A stretch of 64,000 nucleotides of DNA from the IMG/VR virus record IMGVR_UViG_3300025132_007932, positions 34,425 through 98,424 of that record, one strand, 5' to 3'. A model generated the notes under the pieces. The model searched no databases. It saw only the letters and a program-made list of their open reading frames with translations, and had not been told where the DNA came from. Both the position numbers and the translations under genes were made by a program. Origin of the DNA: a virus. Within the stretch, counting starts at the first letter, position 1. Each line of letters starts with the position of its first letter. Below, piece after piece: positions 40,913-52,321 of the stretch.

Positions 40913-43900
40913 ATGGCAACCAAATTAATTTATAAAGGCGATCTCATTGAGAACTTCGGAGAGTTTCTTCCGAGTCCGTACATAGAACAAATAAGACTTT
41001 ACAATGAGAGAATGGAGGTCGATGTTTCTCTTTTCTTGACGGACAAGCAGTACGGAAGAGTTGTAGATACAACAGCATATGGTGCCCCAACTCCTCAAGA
41101 TTTCGGCGCTAGCCCGAGTTCAGACATGGGCAAGTTTTTACAGAATTATACAAACGCATCACAAGGGAAAAATTTAGCCCAACCATCTTCCAAGCCAGAA
41201 AGAAGGTTGATGGTATATATGTCATTTGAGTTTTGTATTAAACAAGGACAATGCCGTGGTGACGGCGCCGTCCGTGATCAAATTATAAAAAAGATTTTAA
41301 ATCCAGCCCGAGAACGCCCGTTGTATGATTTTCTTATTGAGACCGAAGATGCCGACGGAAATACGCCCACTTTAGAAGTTCCATTCACAGATTTTGTTGA
41401 ATCAGATAATCTTTTATTTGCAGAAGATGGCACAAGAATTGTACAATATAAATACACATACACATTCTACAACCCAGTTCTTTCATTCACCGGTGGAGTA
41501 TTCGGCGCAACTTCGACGGCAACATTAAAGAAATCTGGAGGCGATGAAGCTGCGGACTTTGATAGTGGCAACTTAGTTTTATATGGGTTTAGTTCCTACA
41601 TCCCTAAAGAAACTTTTGAGCAAATGTACGGATCCGGGTACCGCTCCGGAATATACCCTGCCACACATAAAAGGGGAAGCGATGCCGCTATACCACTATA
41701 TCAATTGGCAAAAGGTCAATTTAGTGATGTGTCTTATGAGGTAATACTGGAAGGCGGCAATGATTCATCGGGAACTCCGCAGACATTTGGAAATTTAAGA
41801 GACGAGCTTATAACTTGGGTTGACGATCAGGGCGCAGTTTACCCGAGAGCGCCAATAAGAGATATATCGGGCCGCCATAGAAAAGTAGGTGTGCTTTCGG
41901 GTGAGGAGATAAAAACTGAATTCGAATCAATGATCAAGGAATTCAGGCAAGTAACCACATTAGATGAAGAGGCCGATAATGCAGCTAATGAAATAATGTC
42001 AATCTTGCAAACTTATACGACTGAGCCAAAAAGTGAAATACCGGGAACCAATGATAACGACATTTCAGCAGGCCCCGCTATCCTTGTTATGGAGAAGCTA
42101 CAAACTCTCAGAAAAATGTGGCCAAACAAAGCACAGGGAACAACGGCCGGTAAGCTTTATTATTTATTTAAAGCTCTTATAGGAAATGTACAAGCTAGAC
42201 TTGCAAAACAGGAGCCTGTATACAAAAGAAAGCAAAAAAATCTTAAGATTTTCGACTTGAGATATGATGATCCAGACAGTTCGTACACACCAGGAGTATC
42301 TGACCTCTCCGTCGACGCCTCAGATTATACTATTATACATACCCGCGGACTTGAAGGGAGTATGGTAAAATTTGAATCTCAAGCAATCGGCGCTTCAAGC
42401 ATGAGTGGGAAAGATATACTTGATTTTGAATTTGCACCAGAGGGTATTCTTCAGGGAGAACCCGATGAAGGTTCAGCAAAACCTTATACCGTTTTCAGAC
42501 GAGGATATTTTTTCGTTGATTTTGAAGTAGGCTTGTACATCCACTCTATTATAAATAAAACATTTAATGTTCCTGTTCTTGAACGTTGGTTTGGAAAATC
42601 AATGATACAGTCAAAATTCATAATTTCAGATGTAAAACTAGAAAAATACATATCTAGGCTTGATGATCTTAGTGGGGTTGATGAACACATAAGAACTTGG
42701 GGCGTTGAGATGTATAGCTCCACAATTACGAATAGATCTAGTGCACCCGCCTCACTGCGCTGGCCAGCCAATAGCGTTGCAAAGAATTCATCAACGCTCC
42801 CTGATATTGGTGGAGTCTACTACGACACCAAATATATGGACGGCCGAAGATATTTTGGGCACTTAGTAGACTTCGATGAATCCGAATGGGGTGTCAATCC
42901 CACCTACACCAGAGCTTCTGGTAACGGTCAAATTTATGTGACGCCAAGTCCCTTCCCCACGCATGGTGTGGAAAATTCTCTTACAACAAACAGAATCAAA
43001 GGTCTTGCCCTGGAGGATCCAGACAAGCTGCTATACGTTGCAACGCCTCCGCTGCCACTTCCAAAGAGAGTGTATACAGACCACCATGGACACGAAGCTA
43101 ATTTGATCCAAGTTCCTAACAACGGTCGCGGCGTTTTCCCGGGAATATATAATCGCCAAAACTCAATGCAAACAAACTGGACATACTCCATGATGTTCCC
43201 CAGAAATATTGCTGGAATTGGCGGTCAAAATGCTTTTAACGGAGATGTAGGTCTGGAGACCGATGGCTATATGAATCGTGCGCACGCTACAGAATATATG
43301 GATTTTCTCGATGAAACAGAAACAACAGCCGATGATGAGACCTATTCTTTTAAAACATTCTCCCCAGTTTATAATAAAGTAGGCGCCTCAACGGTATCCC
43401 CAAGTATAGCTCCTTATGGATATAGATTAATGGCATTTGAATTTTTGGACATATATGCAGGAGAAACCAATCATTGGTTAATGATGGAAACTGGCCAACA
43501 CGCTTCAAAAACAATGAAATATCGTGCCGATGTTACGGCTAGAGACTATACCGCGGCCATTGCACGCGGCATTATGGACAGTTATGATGATGTTGTAAAT
43601 GGAGCTTTTCTTGAATATGTTGAAATGGCTACAGAGTACTGTGCGTATAACCAAATCGATGATGCATTTACAGCGTATTTTGCTGATGCTATAACAGATT
43701 TTTATAGAGAACATTATGTTTGGGAGACCCCTTGGTTTAAAGCTCCTTTTGTATTTTTCTTGCATAGAGATTTGTTATTCCAACAATTTGGTGGTGGCAC
43801 AAAAGCCGCCAAGGAAGAAGTCATCACTAGTGCACTTAACTTGGCAGAGAAAATTAGTCCATATACAGGAACTCTTTCTGCATTGTTGGCTTTTCAAGCA

Positions 43901-45334
43901 GAAATGCAAGAGCTGTATGATGGTTACTATGGCCCTGGTGGGATAATAGCCGATCGATTGGAAACTCTAGAAGAGTACGGCGAAGGCCTGGGTGGCACCG
44001 GTGACGGTGTCGAACTCAATTGGAGAAATAAGATTAGATTCCACACAGGTGACGACGATGATGTTATTTTGGACACTACTAGTAGTGATGCAGTCCCTTG
44101 GCCAGTTGACGTTACACAGCAAGGTGATGTAGAAGAGTTTGCCGAGTGGGATGTGGTAATTAATGAATTTGATCATGATCCTGTGTGTATGGATGGAGTG
44201 GGCCCTGGATCTGTAACGGATGGCTCCACATATGAATCATACTTAGGCGCCTGCACAAAGGACAACGGCCTTGTCCCAATTGAATACGGGGAAGGAGACG
44301 ATATGGATTACACCATGATAAGCCCGGGCGATGGCATCGATAACGACAAAAGATACTTCTTCCCAGGCGTTTTAGGCTGGCTCAGTGGCGACGGTCCCGA
44401 AGGCTCTGTTACAGGAAACACTCATGATTTCACTAACAGAGACGATTTCGGGCTCGATGGTACAACACATGTTGGAGATCGTTTGCCGCATTACTCGTAT
44501 CTGGGTGATATAGAAGCAGGAGATATATCTGCCGAATCACGCTGGGCCGAATGTTACTGCCATTGTTTGGAGTGCACCGCCGGGTATCCTGTATACTGTC
44601 AAGACGGCGGCTGGATTAATGTTGTGAGAATTGTTTGCCCAGAGGACGATCGCGCCTGGCCAGTTACCGCTACAGAAAATATGCGAAACCACATAATAGT
44701 CCCGGGTTCCTCCGGTGGCCTCGGCTATGATAGCCCTTACGGTATCTCTGCGGACGTCCTCTCCGGCCCAGAAGGAGCTTGCTATGCATTAGCAGCTGTC
44801 GATACCAACTTAAATGATAAAAGTATAAATTCAAAATTCCTCGATAGCTACAAACGCCATTACGCGGGAATAAAAGTTTATGAAGGTACCGCGTTGGACA
44901 CCCTTGATGGCGCCGCCGAGATCACAGGCGTCGTGTCGATTACCGAAGGAGACTACGAGGGCCTTGATGTCAGGCTTTACACAGAACTAACAAGACACCC
45001 TTCCGGAGGTAGTGCAAGATCTAATCCAGACGGAGGGAGAGCAACAGAAGGCGATAATGGACAAAAGGCTTTGGGATTTTGTATTATGTGCCGCGGCGAC
45101 GAAACCTCAATGCCGCTGAATTGGTTACCCCGCGATGGGATGACCGCGGCAGACACCGGCGGCCCACGGATCGATTGCAGGGATGCAGATGTCATCGATG
45201 AAGAGGACCTCCCGGGTGAAAACGACCCCCCGGGGATCGTAGGAGCAGAGCAATCTTTCGATGGCGATGGCGCGACCGGCATGGGCGTCGACTCGACTGG
45301 CACTGGCACAGACATCCCGGACAAAATATTTTGA
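40913..45334 (+). CDS. Large (1473 aa) hypothetical virion protein with acidic, Cys-rich C-terminal region
   Basis: Long ORF within the structural module; no family recognised. Confidence 0.55.
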   Translation: MATKLIYKGDLIENFGEFLPSPYIEQIRLYNERMEVDVSLFLTDKQYGRVVDTTAYGAPTPQDFGASPSSDMGKFLQNYTNASQGKNLAQPSSKPERRLMVYMSFEFCIKQGQCRGDGAVRDQIIKKILNPARERPLYDFLIETEDADGNTPTLEVPFTDFVESDNLLFAEDGTRIVQYKYTYTFYNPVLSFTGGVFGATSTATLKKSGGDEAADFDSGNLVLYGFSSYIPKETFEQMYGSGYRSGIYPATHKRGSDAAIPLYQLAKGQFSDVSYEVILEGGNDSSGTPQTFGNLRDELITWVDDQGAVYPRAPIRDISGRHRKVGVLSGEEIKTEFESMIKEFRQVTTLDEEADNAANEIMSILQTYTTEPKSEIPGTNDNDISAGPAILVMEKLQTLRKMWPNKAQGTTAGKLYYLFKALIGNVQARLAKQEPVYKRKQKNLKIFDLRYDDPDSSYTPGVSDLSVDASDYTIIHTRGLEGSMVKFESQAIGASSMSGKDILDFEFAPEGILQGEPDEGSAKPYTVFRRGYFFVDFEVGLYIHSIINKTFNVPVLERWFGKSMIQSKFIISDVKLEKYISRLDDLSGVDEHIRTWGVEMYSSTITNRSSAPASLRWPANSVAKNSSTLPDIGGVYYDTKYMDGRRYFGHLVDFDESEWGVNPTYTRASGNGQIYVTPSPFPTHGVENSLTTNRIKGLALEDPDKLLYVATPPLPLPKRVYTDHHGHEANLIQVPNNGRGVFPGIYNRQNSMQTNWTYSMMFPRNIAGIGGQNAFNGDVGLETDGYMNRAHATEYMDFLDETETTADDETYSFKTFSPVYNKVGASTVSPSIAPYGYRLMAFEFLDIYAGETNHWLMMETGQHASKTMKYRADVTARDYTAAIARGIMDSYDDVVNGAFLEYVEMATEYCAYNQIDDAFTAYFADAITDFYREHYVWETPWFKAPFVFFLHRDLLFQQFGGGTKAAKEEVITSALNLAEKISPYTGTLSALLAFQAEMQELYDGYYGPGGIIADRLETLEEYGEGLGGTGDGVELNWRNKIRFHTGDDDDVILDTTSSDAVPWPVDVTQQGDVEEFAEWDVVINEFDHDPVCMDGVGPGSVTDGSTYESYLGACTKDNGLVPIEYGEGDDMDYTMISPGDGIDNDKRYFFPGVLGWLSGDGPEGSVTGNTHDFTNRDDFGLDGTTHVGDRLPHYSYLGDIEAGDISAESRWAECYCHCLECTAGYPVYCQDGGWINVVRIVCPEDDRAWPVTATENMRNHIIVPGSSGGLGYDSPYGISADVLSGPEGACYALAAVDTNLNDKSINSKFLDSYKRHYAGIKVYEGTALDTLDGAAEITGVVSITEGDYEGLDVRLYTELTRHPSGGSARSNPDGGRATEGDNGQKALGFCIMCRGDETSMPLNWLPRDGMTAADTGGPRIDCRDADVIDEEDLPGENDPPGIVGAEQSFDGDGATGMGVDSTGTGTDIPDKIF

Positions 45335-45399
45335 TTAACAGGCTCCACACACCATGACAGATTTTTTAATAAGATTATATTTAATGAAGAGGATAAAAA

Positions 45400-46089
45400 A
45401 TGGCAAATAACTCGAACCGCTCCCTGCAACTTAGACGAAGAAGAACTGCAATTGTAAGAAATCAGGCTTTAAAGCAAGTAAAAAAGCAAAAAAAGGCTAG
45501 CTCCACTGTTAATAGCAGCAACTCTATACTGGTGAAAACCGGCGCTGTAAGCAAAAAAGATGCTAGCAAGAAAAGCTTGAAACACAGATCTATTTCTATG
45601 TTGGGCGCTTGCGGCATAGATGTGTCTTTATTGGGGTTAGATAAGGATTTTAAAAGTGCGAGGTTTTCTCTTTTGAAAGAAGAAACCGGAACTGAAATAC
45701 TGAGAAACCTCGACGACAACGTAGCCAGAGAAGAACAATACAAATTATTAAAAAAGAGAAGAAAAACTCTCGACGTAAAGAAAATTGCACTCAATGATGC
45801 AATAAGACAGTTAGATGATCGCCTGGGAGATTCAAGAGTTATGATGGAAAGGCTCGTAAACAGTGACCATCGCGACGACTTTAATTTGCTAGCAAGGAAA
45901 ATAGCAGTAATAAATACAGCGCCAGGGGAAGAGTTTTTAAAGTATTTTAGACAATATGAATTTGATTTTGACCCTAGGGATACTCCGATGATACTAGCAG
46001 ACACAACAAGTATAGTAAAAGATCTTGAAGTGAATTACGACGGAATAAGCACGCTTACACCATCTGAATTGTATAGAGGGGGCATCTAA
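45400..46089 (+). CDS. Hypothetical protein with highly basic N-terminus
   Basis: GAGGA SD and upstream TATTTA motif; RRRR/KK-rich N-terminus. Confidence 0.6.
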   Translation: MANNSNRSLQLRRRRTAIVRNQALKQVKKQKKASSTVNSSNSILVKTGAVSKKDASKKSLKHRSISMLGACGIDVSLLGLDKDFKSARFSLLKEETGTEILRNLDDNVAREEQYKLLKKRRKTLDVKKIALNDAIRQLDDRLGDSRVMMERLVNSDHRDDFNLLARKIAVINTAPGEEFLKYFRQYEFDFDPRDTPMILADTTSIVKDLEVNYDGISTLTPSELYRGGI

Positions 46090-48017
46090 TGTCAGGTGAT
46101 GACTCACGCTTCGATGATGTGCCGGAAGGCGGATACGACTGGGCAGGTACCTGGACTGCTGTTGATGTTGTCCCGCAATGCGGCCCAGACCACCCCGCCG
46201 GAGATTGTATATGTCTCAGGCTTGTTAGGTTAAACTCTGATGGTACTTTTGAAACAGATTCGAGTTTAAGTTGGGATACGTTTACTCCAATATATAGGTG
46301 GGACCAACACGGCGGATATTCGTCTGAAGGCATGCTAGAGCCATACTCGGAGACCGGCTCACCGGACTCTTCCCCTTACTATCATCCGCTTTATGAACGA
46401 GATGAGCGATACGATGATGCGAGCGCCGTCGGAGATTCCAAACCAGTGTACGTTGTACCCGTTAATGTATACTCCACAGGGCTCGATGGTGTTCCTGGTG
46501 ATATGAGTGCGTATAGCTGCGAAACATGTCGTAAATTGTCTCCAACATACAACGGTTGGCAAACTGAAGGCCCCATGTACGGTGTTGACGACGATTGGGA
46601 CCCAGACGTCGTCGATGATGGCGCTGTAGATGTAGAGCGCGGAGAAACTGATTGTCGGGGCCTTAGTTGGTACTTGGCTTGGCTTGAGGAATATGAAACG
46701 TTTCATGTGGCCGGCGGCAGCGAGTGGGCAATTAGTTCTTTATTCCAAAAAGAAGAGTTTGATTATTTGAACATAAATAATATAAAAAACGATGCCACAG
46801 ATTGGGCCGGCTATACTGCGCATGGTATTAACAATTCTGTACAATGGAGATATGCTTGGTTTATGCCATACTATGCAAAGTTTTTCGAATCTATTGAGAT
46901 GGAATCATACAAAATTAGATTTTATTTATTTAACGGGTGGACAAACGGCGATACTAAAGCAAATGGGCGCAAAACAGTACTGGATTATACGTTTTTAAAC
47001 CGACCAGCACCAACAGCAAATACTTGGAATGCAACCCAGATTACAGGAGAAGGCGACGATCCTGGCTATTGGCTAAACTTCAGCACGATGGCTCACCCAT
47101 CTACCCCGGACACCTCCATCAGTCTCGTCGACGAAACTTATACCGGCGAGGAAACGTCGTTGATGTACGCCCCCCAAGCTTATGACCAGACTCAGTTTAT
47201 GGCTGCGGAAAATTATGAAGCAAGTTGGGATAATCCGAGAACTTACCTGATAAGTTCAATGAAGCACATCGTCGATTCCCCCATTTGGGAAGCAAATAAT
47301 GGAAAACACATGTTTATATCTAAAACTACGTTTTATGATGACTTAAGGAAAGAGGACGATGAAGCAACCCACCATAGAATGCTTTGGCCTTTATGTTGGT
47401 ATGATTCAAAATATGGACAGCACAATGAAACCGACGACGACTATGCCTGTTGGGTCGGATTAGGCCCCAACTCCGAAAGTAGATACCCCGCATCCTCCGG
47501 CGGGAATGAGAGAAAAAGGCAACTCGGCGCCTCAAACCCAAAAATGAGAGCGACCCGCACGGCCGACGGAAAAACTAATATTTATGTGGAATATAACCCT
47601 AACGAAAGAGAGGGGCTTATTGAGAGATTTGGGCCCTACCATTATTTAGACGACGAGCACAAGGACTGGAATGTAAGTTTTCCAGGTTACAATGAAACTT
47701 GGGAATGGGGCTTTGAAGCAGATCGCAGAACTATATCACAAATTAAAACTTGGTATAATTATTATACTGATGTTGTTCACCAAAGATGGCTATATGATGA
47801 AAATAGAGAAGAAGGTAGAAACAGAAGAGATTCAGATCTTGGTTTCTTGAAGGTTAAAGCGACCAAATATGATATGAGTAAAATATACACGATTGAAGAT
47901 GAAATACAGCCAGAAATAGAAGTATCAGAATTTGAAATAACAAGCCCGGCCGCTCCTGGTATGATTACTGCTGGACCCACCAGTGGGTTTACCGGCGGCG
48001 GGGGAGGTAGTTATTAG
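46089..48017 (+). CDS. Hypothetical acidic, Trp/Tyr-rich protein (642 aa)
   Basis: TAATG-coupled ORF within the structural module. Confidence 0.55.
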   Translation: MSGDDSRFDDVPEGGYDWAGTWTAVDVVPQCGPDHPAGDCICLRLVRLNSDGTFETDSSLSWDTFTPIYRWDQHGGYSSEGMLEPYSETGSPDSSPYYHPLYERDERYDDASAVGDSKPVYVVPVNVYSTGLDGVPGDMSAYSCETCRKLSPTYNGWQTEGPMYGVDDDWDPDVVDDGAVDVERGETDCRGLSWYLAWLEEYETFHVAGGSEWAISSLFQKEEFDYLNINNIKNDATDWAGYTAHGINNSVQWRYAWFMPYYAKFFESIEMESYKIRFYLFNGWTNGDTKANGRKTVLDYTFLNRPAPTANTWNATQITGEGDDPGYWLNFSTMAHPSTPDTSISLVDETYTGEETSLMYAPQAYDQTQFMAAENYEASWDNPRTYLISSMKHIVDSPIWEANNGKHMFISKTTFYDDLRKEDDEATHHRMLWPLCWYDSKYGQHNETDDDYACWVGLGPNSESRYPASSGGNERKRQLGASNPKMRATRTADGKTNIYVEYNPNEREGLIERFGPYHYLDDEHKDWNVSFPGYNETWEWGFEADRRTISQIKTWYNYYTDVVHQRWLYDENREEGRNRRDSDLGFLKVKATKYDMSKIYTIEDEIQPEIEVSEFEITSPAAPGMITAGPTSGFTGGGGGSY

Positions 48018-51000
48018 TGCCAATTAAATATTTAATCGATCAAAGTTTATTTTCGGGCTCTGCAGACAGTTTACGAACTGCAGTTGGAGGCTTTTACAAT
48101 CCCTCCGGAGATCTGTCAGCAGGTAGTAAACCAGCAGACTATTATGGTGAAGTACCAGCCGGTACAGCTTATGACGTCGATACCGATGGAGGAGCAGAAG
48201 GAATAGAGGAGGCCGACTTTGAAGTTTCCGCAGCGGTATCAGAAAGATTATCATATGTGCTATCTAGAACCGCAGACTCGCTTGGTGATACGACCCCCAT
48301 ACAAACTACCTTGTCGAAAGATTCAATCATGATTAATAAAAGAATACCGGTAAGATTAATCGGAAATCAAGAGCATGTATTTAGTGATGAACACTGGGAA
48401 AAAATACTTGTAGGTGGACAATGGGCCGGAAGTCAAATGGAGCCTATGATAAAACAAAATGTTGTATTTGATGATCAACATATGGAATCAATCTATCCGA
48501 TAGACGCAAAGATTGTAAAAAGATTGACAGACTTAAATTATTCACCAGAATCCTACAGCGGTTTTTTCGCCGTTAGAGGAGACTATGTTCAAATAAAGCC
48601 AGAAGTAAATCACTATATACCATTTTATCAAGACTATGTTAAAAAGCTTGGGTCAGAATTAGTAATTCCGAATGCCTATTTGATGACTTCAATAGAATTA
48701 TTTGGAGACTCAATTGCGCTTCCAGTGACGCCTTATAAATATTCTGAATATAATCAAAACTATTGGAACCAGCATTTTATTAATTTTGTATCAAGAGAAA
48801 AATCATTACCAGAAGTGGATTACTTTGATATAAACGAAGGCGAGCTGTATTATGATTACACTGCCGGCACTCCAGGCTATGAATCACCTTACGCAGTTCT
48901 TTTAGATGATATGGATCCGTCTGAGGACTATACGAAGGAATTTTTATCAAGAAAATATTCCGGAATGGTAACAAAATATTTGCCAATATCAGTACCGAAC
49001 ACTCCGCTTTCAAGTTCAACTGTATCGGCCATCCAAGAGAGAATGCAAAACATTATATTTGATCAATATTCTGGACTTGGATATGATAGCGACAAAGAGA
49101 AAAAAACCGACTCAGTGCTTCCATCTGTCTCTGATGAGACAAAAACATTTTTCCCATACTACATTAATATTGATTTTTATTCTGAGCGGGCTTATAAATT
49201 TGCAAATAATATAAATTTTCACAGCTATAGCAGCAAGTTTTTAAAACTTCTAAAAGAAGTCTTTTTAAATGAAATAGAAATTCAACCAAAAACGGTATCT
49301 TATGAGTGCAGCTACAACAGAACAGAGCCTTCGTTTGAAACTGCAGAAGTTACTGAAGAATACGTTAGAGAAACTAGACAATTACGTTATGTAGATTTTC
49401 TAGAATTTTTATTACACTCTTACAACAATTATATTTCTGAAACAAGCAATTGCACCTTTATAGGTAATCCAATTTCCAATCCAAGCTCGCTTGGAGATTT
49501 AGATGGATTTGCAACGTTTCAAAGAAAAGCAGCCATGGATGATATTGGAGATTATAGATACTTCAATACCATATCTACCTACGATGTTCTACATGCAACA
49601 ATGAGAATGTTTGGTTATCAAGGAACCGCAGCCGATCCAGAAGAACACATTACATCCTTACATGAGCTTTTTGGTTGTTCAAAAGATTTTCCTATGAGCG
49701 AGTATCTTATGGATCCGGATGACGATGAGACAACACCAGACGAATATGGTATGTCGTCAAGCGACACGTCTGGGTTAAAAGCAGTAATTGCCGGCGGCAC
49801 TACAGACGCAGTAGATGAAAATATATTTGGGTATCATGAAGTTGTGGCCTACAGAGTAGAAAAAATAGCTTCGGACGCTTCAGCAGAAGAGTTAAATACG
49901 AGACCAATTCAAAACTTCTGGTTTATCAATACAGAACAAAGAGAAGATATAAACTTGATTGACACACAAATAAAATATGACACCAACTACACGTACAATA
50001 TTTATTCATACTCTATTTGTGTTGGGATTAAATATAAGACCACGGATCTGGCTATTACCAAATTCACTTCCAATGTAGCTGATGACGAAGATACTGCCGA
50101 TGAGGATGAAAGTGAACTTTTTTGCTTAGAATTTTTTGATCCCAATACAGGAGAGCCAACAGCAGAGCTGTTTGGAAACTTAGATGAAAGTGCTTTACTC
50201 GAAGAAATGTCAGGCGTGACAGAAGATGGAGAAAGGATTTACTTTCTCTCCAGGGCGTCAGTTCGAACAAGAGCTAGGTACTTGGCAGACTTTCATCTCC
50301 ATCTTGAGCCGACAGTAAGAATAGTAGAAAACAAAATGTATTCAAAAACGCTGAAAGCCTTAGACCACCCAGCGAATAAATTAGATATAGAACCTTACCA
50401 ACTTTTGGACGAATCTCACACAATAGGATATAGAATTTCTTATGAGCCATTTGTACCGAGAGAATTTCCTCAAACGATTTCTGCACAAGATGTTCAAATA
50501 AAAGAAGATTATATGAACGCATATGATTTTTTGGAAGGAGAAAAAATATCTGGCATTAGTAAAGGCTCTAGCACAGACTGGACTGCCAGGCAAAATCCAA
50601 ACGAATCAATCTCTAGACCAAGGTATATAGAAGTGTATAGGCTAACAGATAAGCCCACCAAGTATGAAGATTTTGATAATAATCTATACGAGACTATAGA
50701 CTTGAAACTTTTAAATCAAAAAACTGCAACATATTCGGATCAAACAAATGAAATTGAATTTTTCAATGATAAAATCGATTACAACAAAAAATATTATTAC
50801 ATGTTTAGAATGTTAACTGAACAAAGAATGTTTGGTGATGTTAGTGAGATTTATGAAGCTGAGTTGGTATATGACGGAAATGCCCCATATGCTATTTTTA
50901 ATACATTCTTTAAAGAAGATTTAAAAGAAAAAGTATTCGTCAACCCATCAAAAAGTGTAAAAAAGATATTTCAAATTAGACCTAATTTACAACAAATAAG

Positions 51001-51190
51001 TTTTGATGATTCTAACGTGGATTATACAAATCGAGCAATTGACGAAATAGAAAACTTGGAAGTTGGAAATTTAATAGAAAGTCACCCTGAAGAATCAATT
51101 TGGACAAATGAATTCAAATTAAGGCTAACATCTAAAAAGACAAACAAAAAAATAGACTTAAATCTAACCTTCAACTTGGATAGCGACTAA
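48017..51190 (+). CDS. Large (1057 aa) putative structural protein with C-terminal beta-sandwich-like segments
   Basis: Repeated D..I.Y...Y.Y strands (DTQIKYDTNYTYNI, DKIDYNKKYYYMF); GTG start coupled to the previous stop. Confidence 0.55.
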   Translation: MPIKYLIDQSLFSGSADSLRTAVGGFYNPSGDLSAGSKPADYYGEVPAGTAYDVDTDGGAEGIEEADFEVSAAVSERLSYVLSRTADSLGDTTPIQTTLSKDSIMINKRIPVRLIGNQEHVFSDEHWEKILVGGQWAGSQMEPMIKQNVVFDDQHMESIYPIDAKIVKRLTDLNYSPESYSGFFAVRGDYVQIKPEVNHYIPFYQDYVKKLGSELVIPNAYLMTSIELFGDSIALPVTPYKYSEYNQNYWNQHFINFVSREKSLPEVDYFDINEGELYYDYTAGTPGYESPYAVLLDDMDPSEDYTKEFLSRKYSGMVTKYLPISVPNTPLSSSTVSAIQERMQNIIFDQYSGLGYDSDKEKKTDSVLPSVSDETKTFFPYYINIDFYSERAYKFANNINFHSYSSKFLKLLKEVFLNEIEIQPKTVSYECSYNRTEPSFETAEVTEEYVRETRQLRYVDFLEFLLHSYNNYISETSNCTFIGNPISNPSSLGDLDGFATFQRKAAMDDIGDYRYFNTISTYDVLHATMRMFGYQGTAADPEEHITSLHELFGCSKDFPMSEYLMDPDDDETTPDEYGMSSSDTSGLKAVIAGGTTDAVDENIFGYHEVVAYRVEKIASDASAEELNTRPIQNFWFINTEQREDINLIDTQIKYDTNYTYNIYSYSICVGIKYKTTDLAITKFTSNVADDEDTADEDESELFCLEFFDPNTGEPTAELFGNLDESALLEEMSGVTEDGERIYFLSRASVRTRARYLADFHLHLEPTVRIVENKMYSKTLKALDHPANKLDIEPYQLLDESHTIGYRISYEPFVPREFPQTISAQDVQIKEDYMNAYDFLEGEKISGISKGSSTDWTARQNPNESISRPRYIEVYRLTDKPTKYEDFDNNLYETIDLKLLNQKTATYSDQTNEIEFFNDKIDYNKKYYYMFRMLTEQRMFGDVSEIYEAELVYDGNAPYAIFNTFFKEDLKEKVFVNPSKSVKKIFQIRPNLQQISFDDSNVDYTNRAIDEIENLEVGNLIESHPEESIWTNEFKLRLTSKKTNKKIDLNLTFNLDSD

Positions 51191-51202
51191 TAAAAACGTA
51201 GA

Positions 51203-51213
51203 AACTATTTATA
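51203..51213 (+). promoter_or_regulatory. Putative late promoter motif AACTATTTATA
   Basis: Intergenic, just upstream of the SD of 51230; identical 11-mer at 52359. Confidence 0.6.
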
Positions 51214-51229
51214 CTAAAGAGGAAAATAT

Positions 51230-52321
51230 ATGGCTTTTTTGGACACAACCGGCTCCACAATAAGAATTGATGCAGTACTGACCGATGAAGGCAGAAAAAG
51301 AATAACCCAAGGAACATTTAAAGTTACAAAGTTTTCTTTAGGAGACGATGAGATAGACTACTCTATGTACATCAAAGGCGAAGTAGTCGATGCGGCTGAA
51401 CAGCCGGCTATTATTTCAACACCTATTTTTGAAGCATTCGAGAATCGAACAGCAAATATTTACAGTGGATTGGTGTCATATGGCAATAAAGATTTATTAT
51501 GGCTACCTATTTTAAAAATCAATGATCGAGCACCAACAGCAGCCAAACAATATACAATGCCGGCAGGCCGAGCTAAACCGACAGTAGGTAATTCATATCT
51601 AAGCGGAACGTTTTTTTACATGGCTGCCAACGAAGAAACTGCCGAAAAGATAGTAGATTATTTTAACTCAACAGTTGGAGAAGGTAACAATTATGTTCTT
51701 AGGGATTCAGAAACATCGGACACGAAAATTATAATTGAATCAGGAATAGATACTGGCATACCCGAGGATGCCGGCGCAAAATGGCAAGGAAGCCGCTCAA
51801 ATCAAACTGTTCATTTAATTGAAAATGCTCTGGTTGACAATTATTACTACGTCACAACAGACCCCAGATTTATACGAAGCCTATATAGCCTGAATAAAGA
51901 ATCTTATTTTAGGACAAGACCCGCAGGGGAGCCCGATGTAAAACTAGGGCCGCTGCTTAGAACTAAATATACTACCCTGGCACCTCCCGTTAAAGACAAG
52001 CAAAACTTTATTTCTAAAGGAATATTAAATCAAGTTTATTATCGCGGTTCTGCTACTTTATATCCTTGCGAAGACGTATCAATGTTTAGTGGGCCTCGGG
52101 GATCAGTCACCGCATTCAATTTCGAAATTGACCCAGAGCTAACAACAACATCTTTGGGAGAAAGAAGTTATAAATACTCTACTTATGGTCAAATCAATCA
52201 ATATATTACAAATACTACAGACAAATATGATATCATAGATATTCCAGTAACTGTCGAGGGCGTAAACTCTGCGAGATCGATCAATTTACATGTTAGACTA
52301 GTGAGATATTCCGGCACTTAA
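51230..52321 (+). CDS. Putative structural protein, LTxxGR paralog family
   Basis: MAFLD...IDAVLTDEGRKRITQG.F..TKFSLGDDEIDYS; alignable over its full length with the 52386 protein. Confidence 0.65.
   Translation: MAFLDTTGSTIRIDAVLTDEGRKRITQGTFKVTKFSLGDDEIDYSMYIKGEVVDAAEQPAIISTPIFEAFENRTANIYSGLVSYGNKDLLWLPILKINDRAPTAAKQYTMPAGRAKPTVGNSYLSGTFFYMAANEETAEKIVDYFNSTVGEGNNYVLRDSETSDTKIIIESGIDTGIPEDAGAKWQGSRSNQTVHLIENALVDNYYYVTTDPRFIRSLYSLNKESYFRTRPAGEPDVKLGPLLRTKYTTLAPPVKDKQNFISKGILNQVYYRGSATLYPCEDVSMFSGPRGSVTAFNFEIDPELTTTSLGERSYKYSTYGQINQYITNTTDKYDIIDIPVTVEGVNSARSINLHVRLVRYSGT

Noticed and set aside
40140-47600. Diversity-generating retroelement targets in the variable segments
   Set aside because: No reverse transcriptase and no TR/VR near-duplicate pair was seen in the window.
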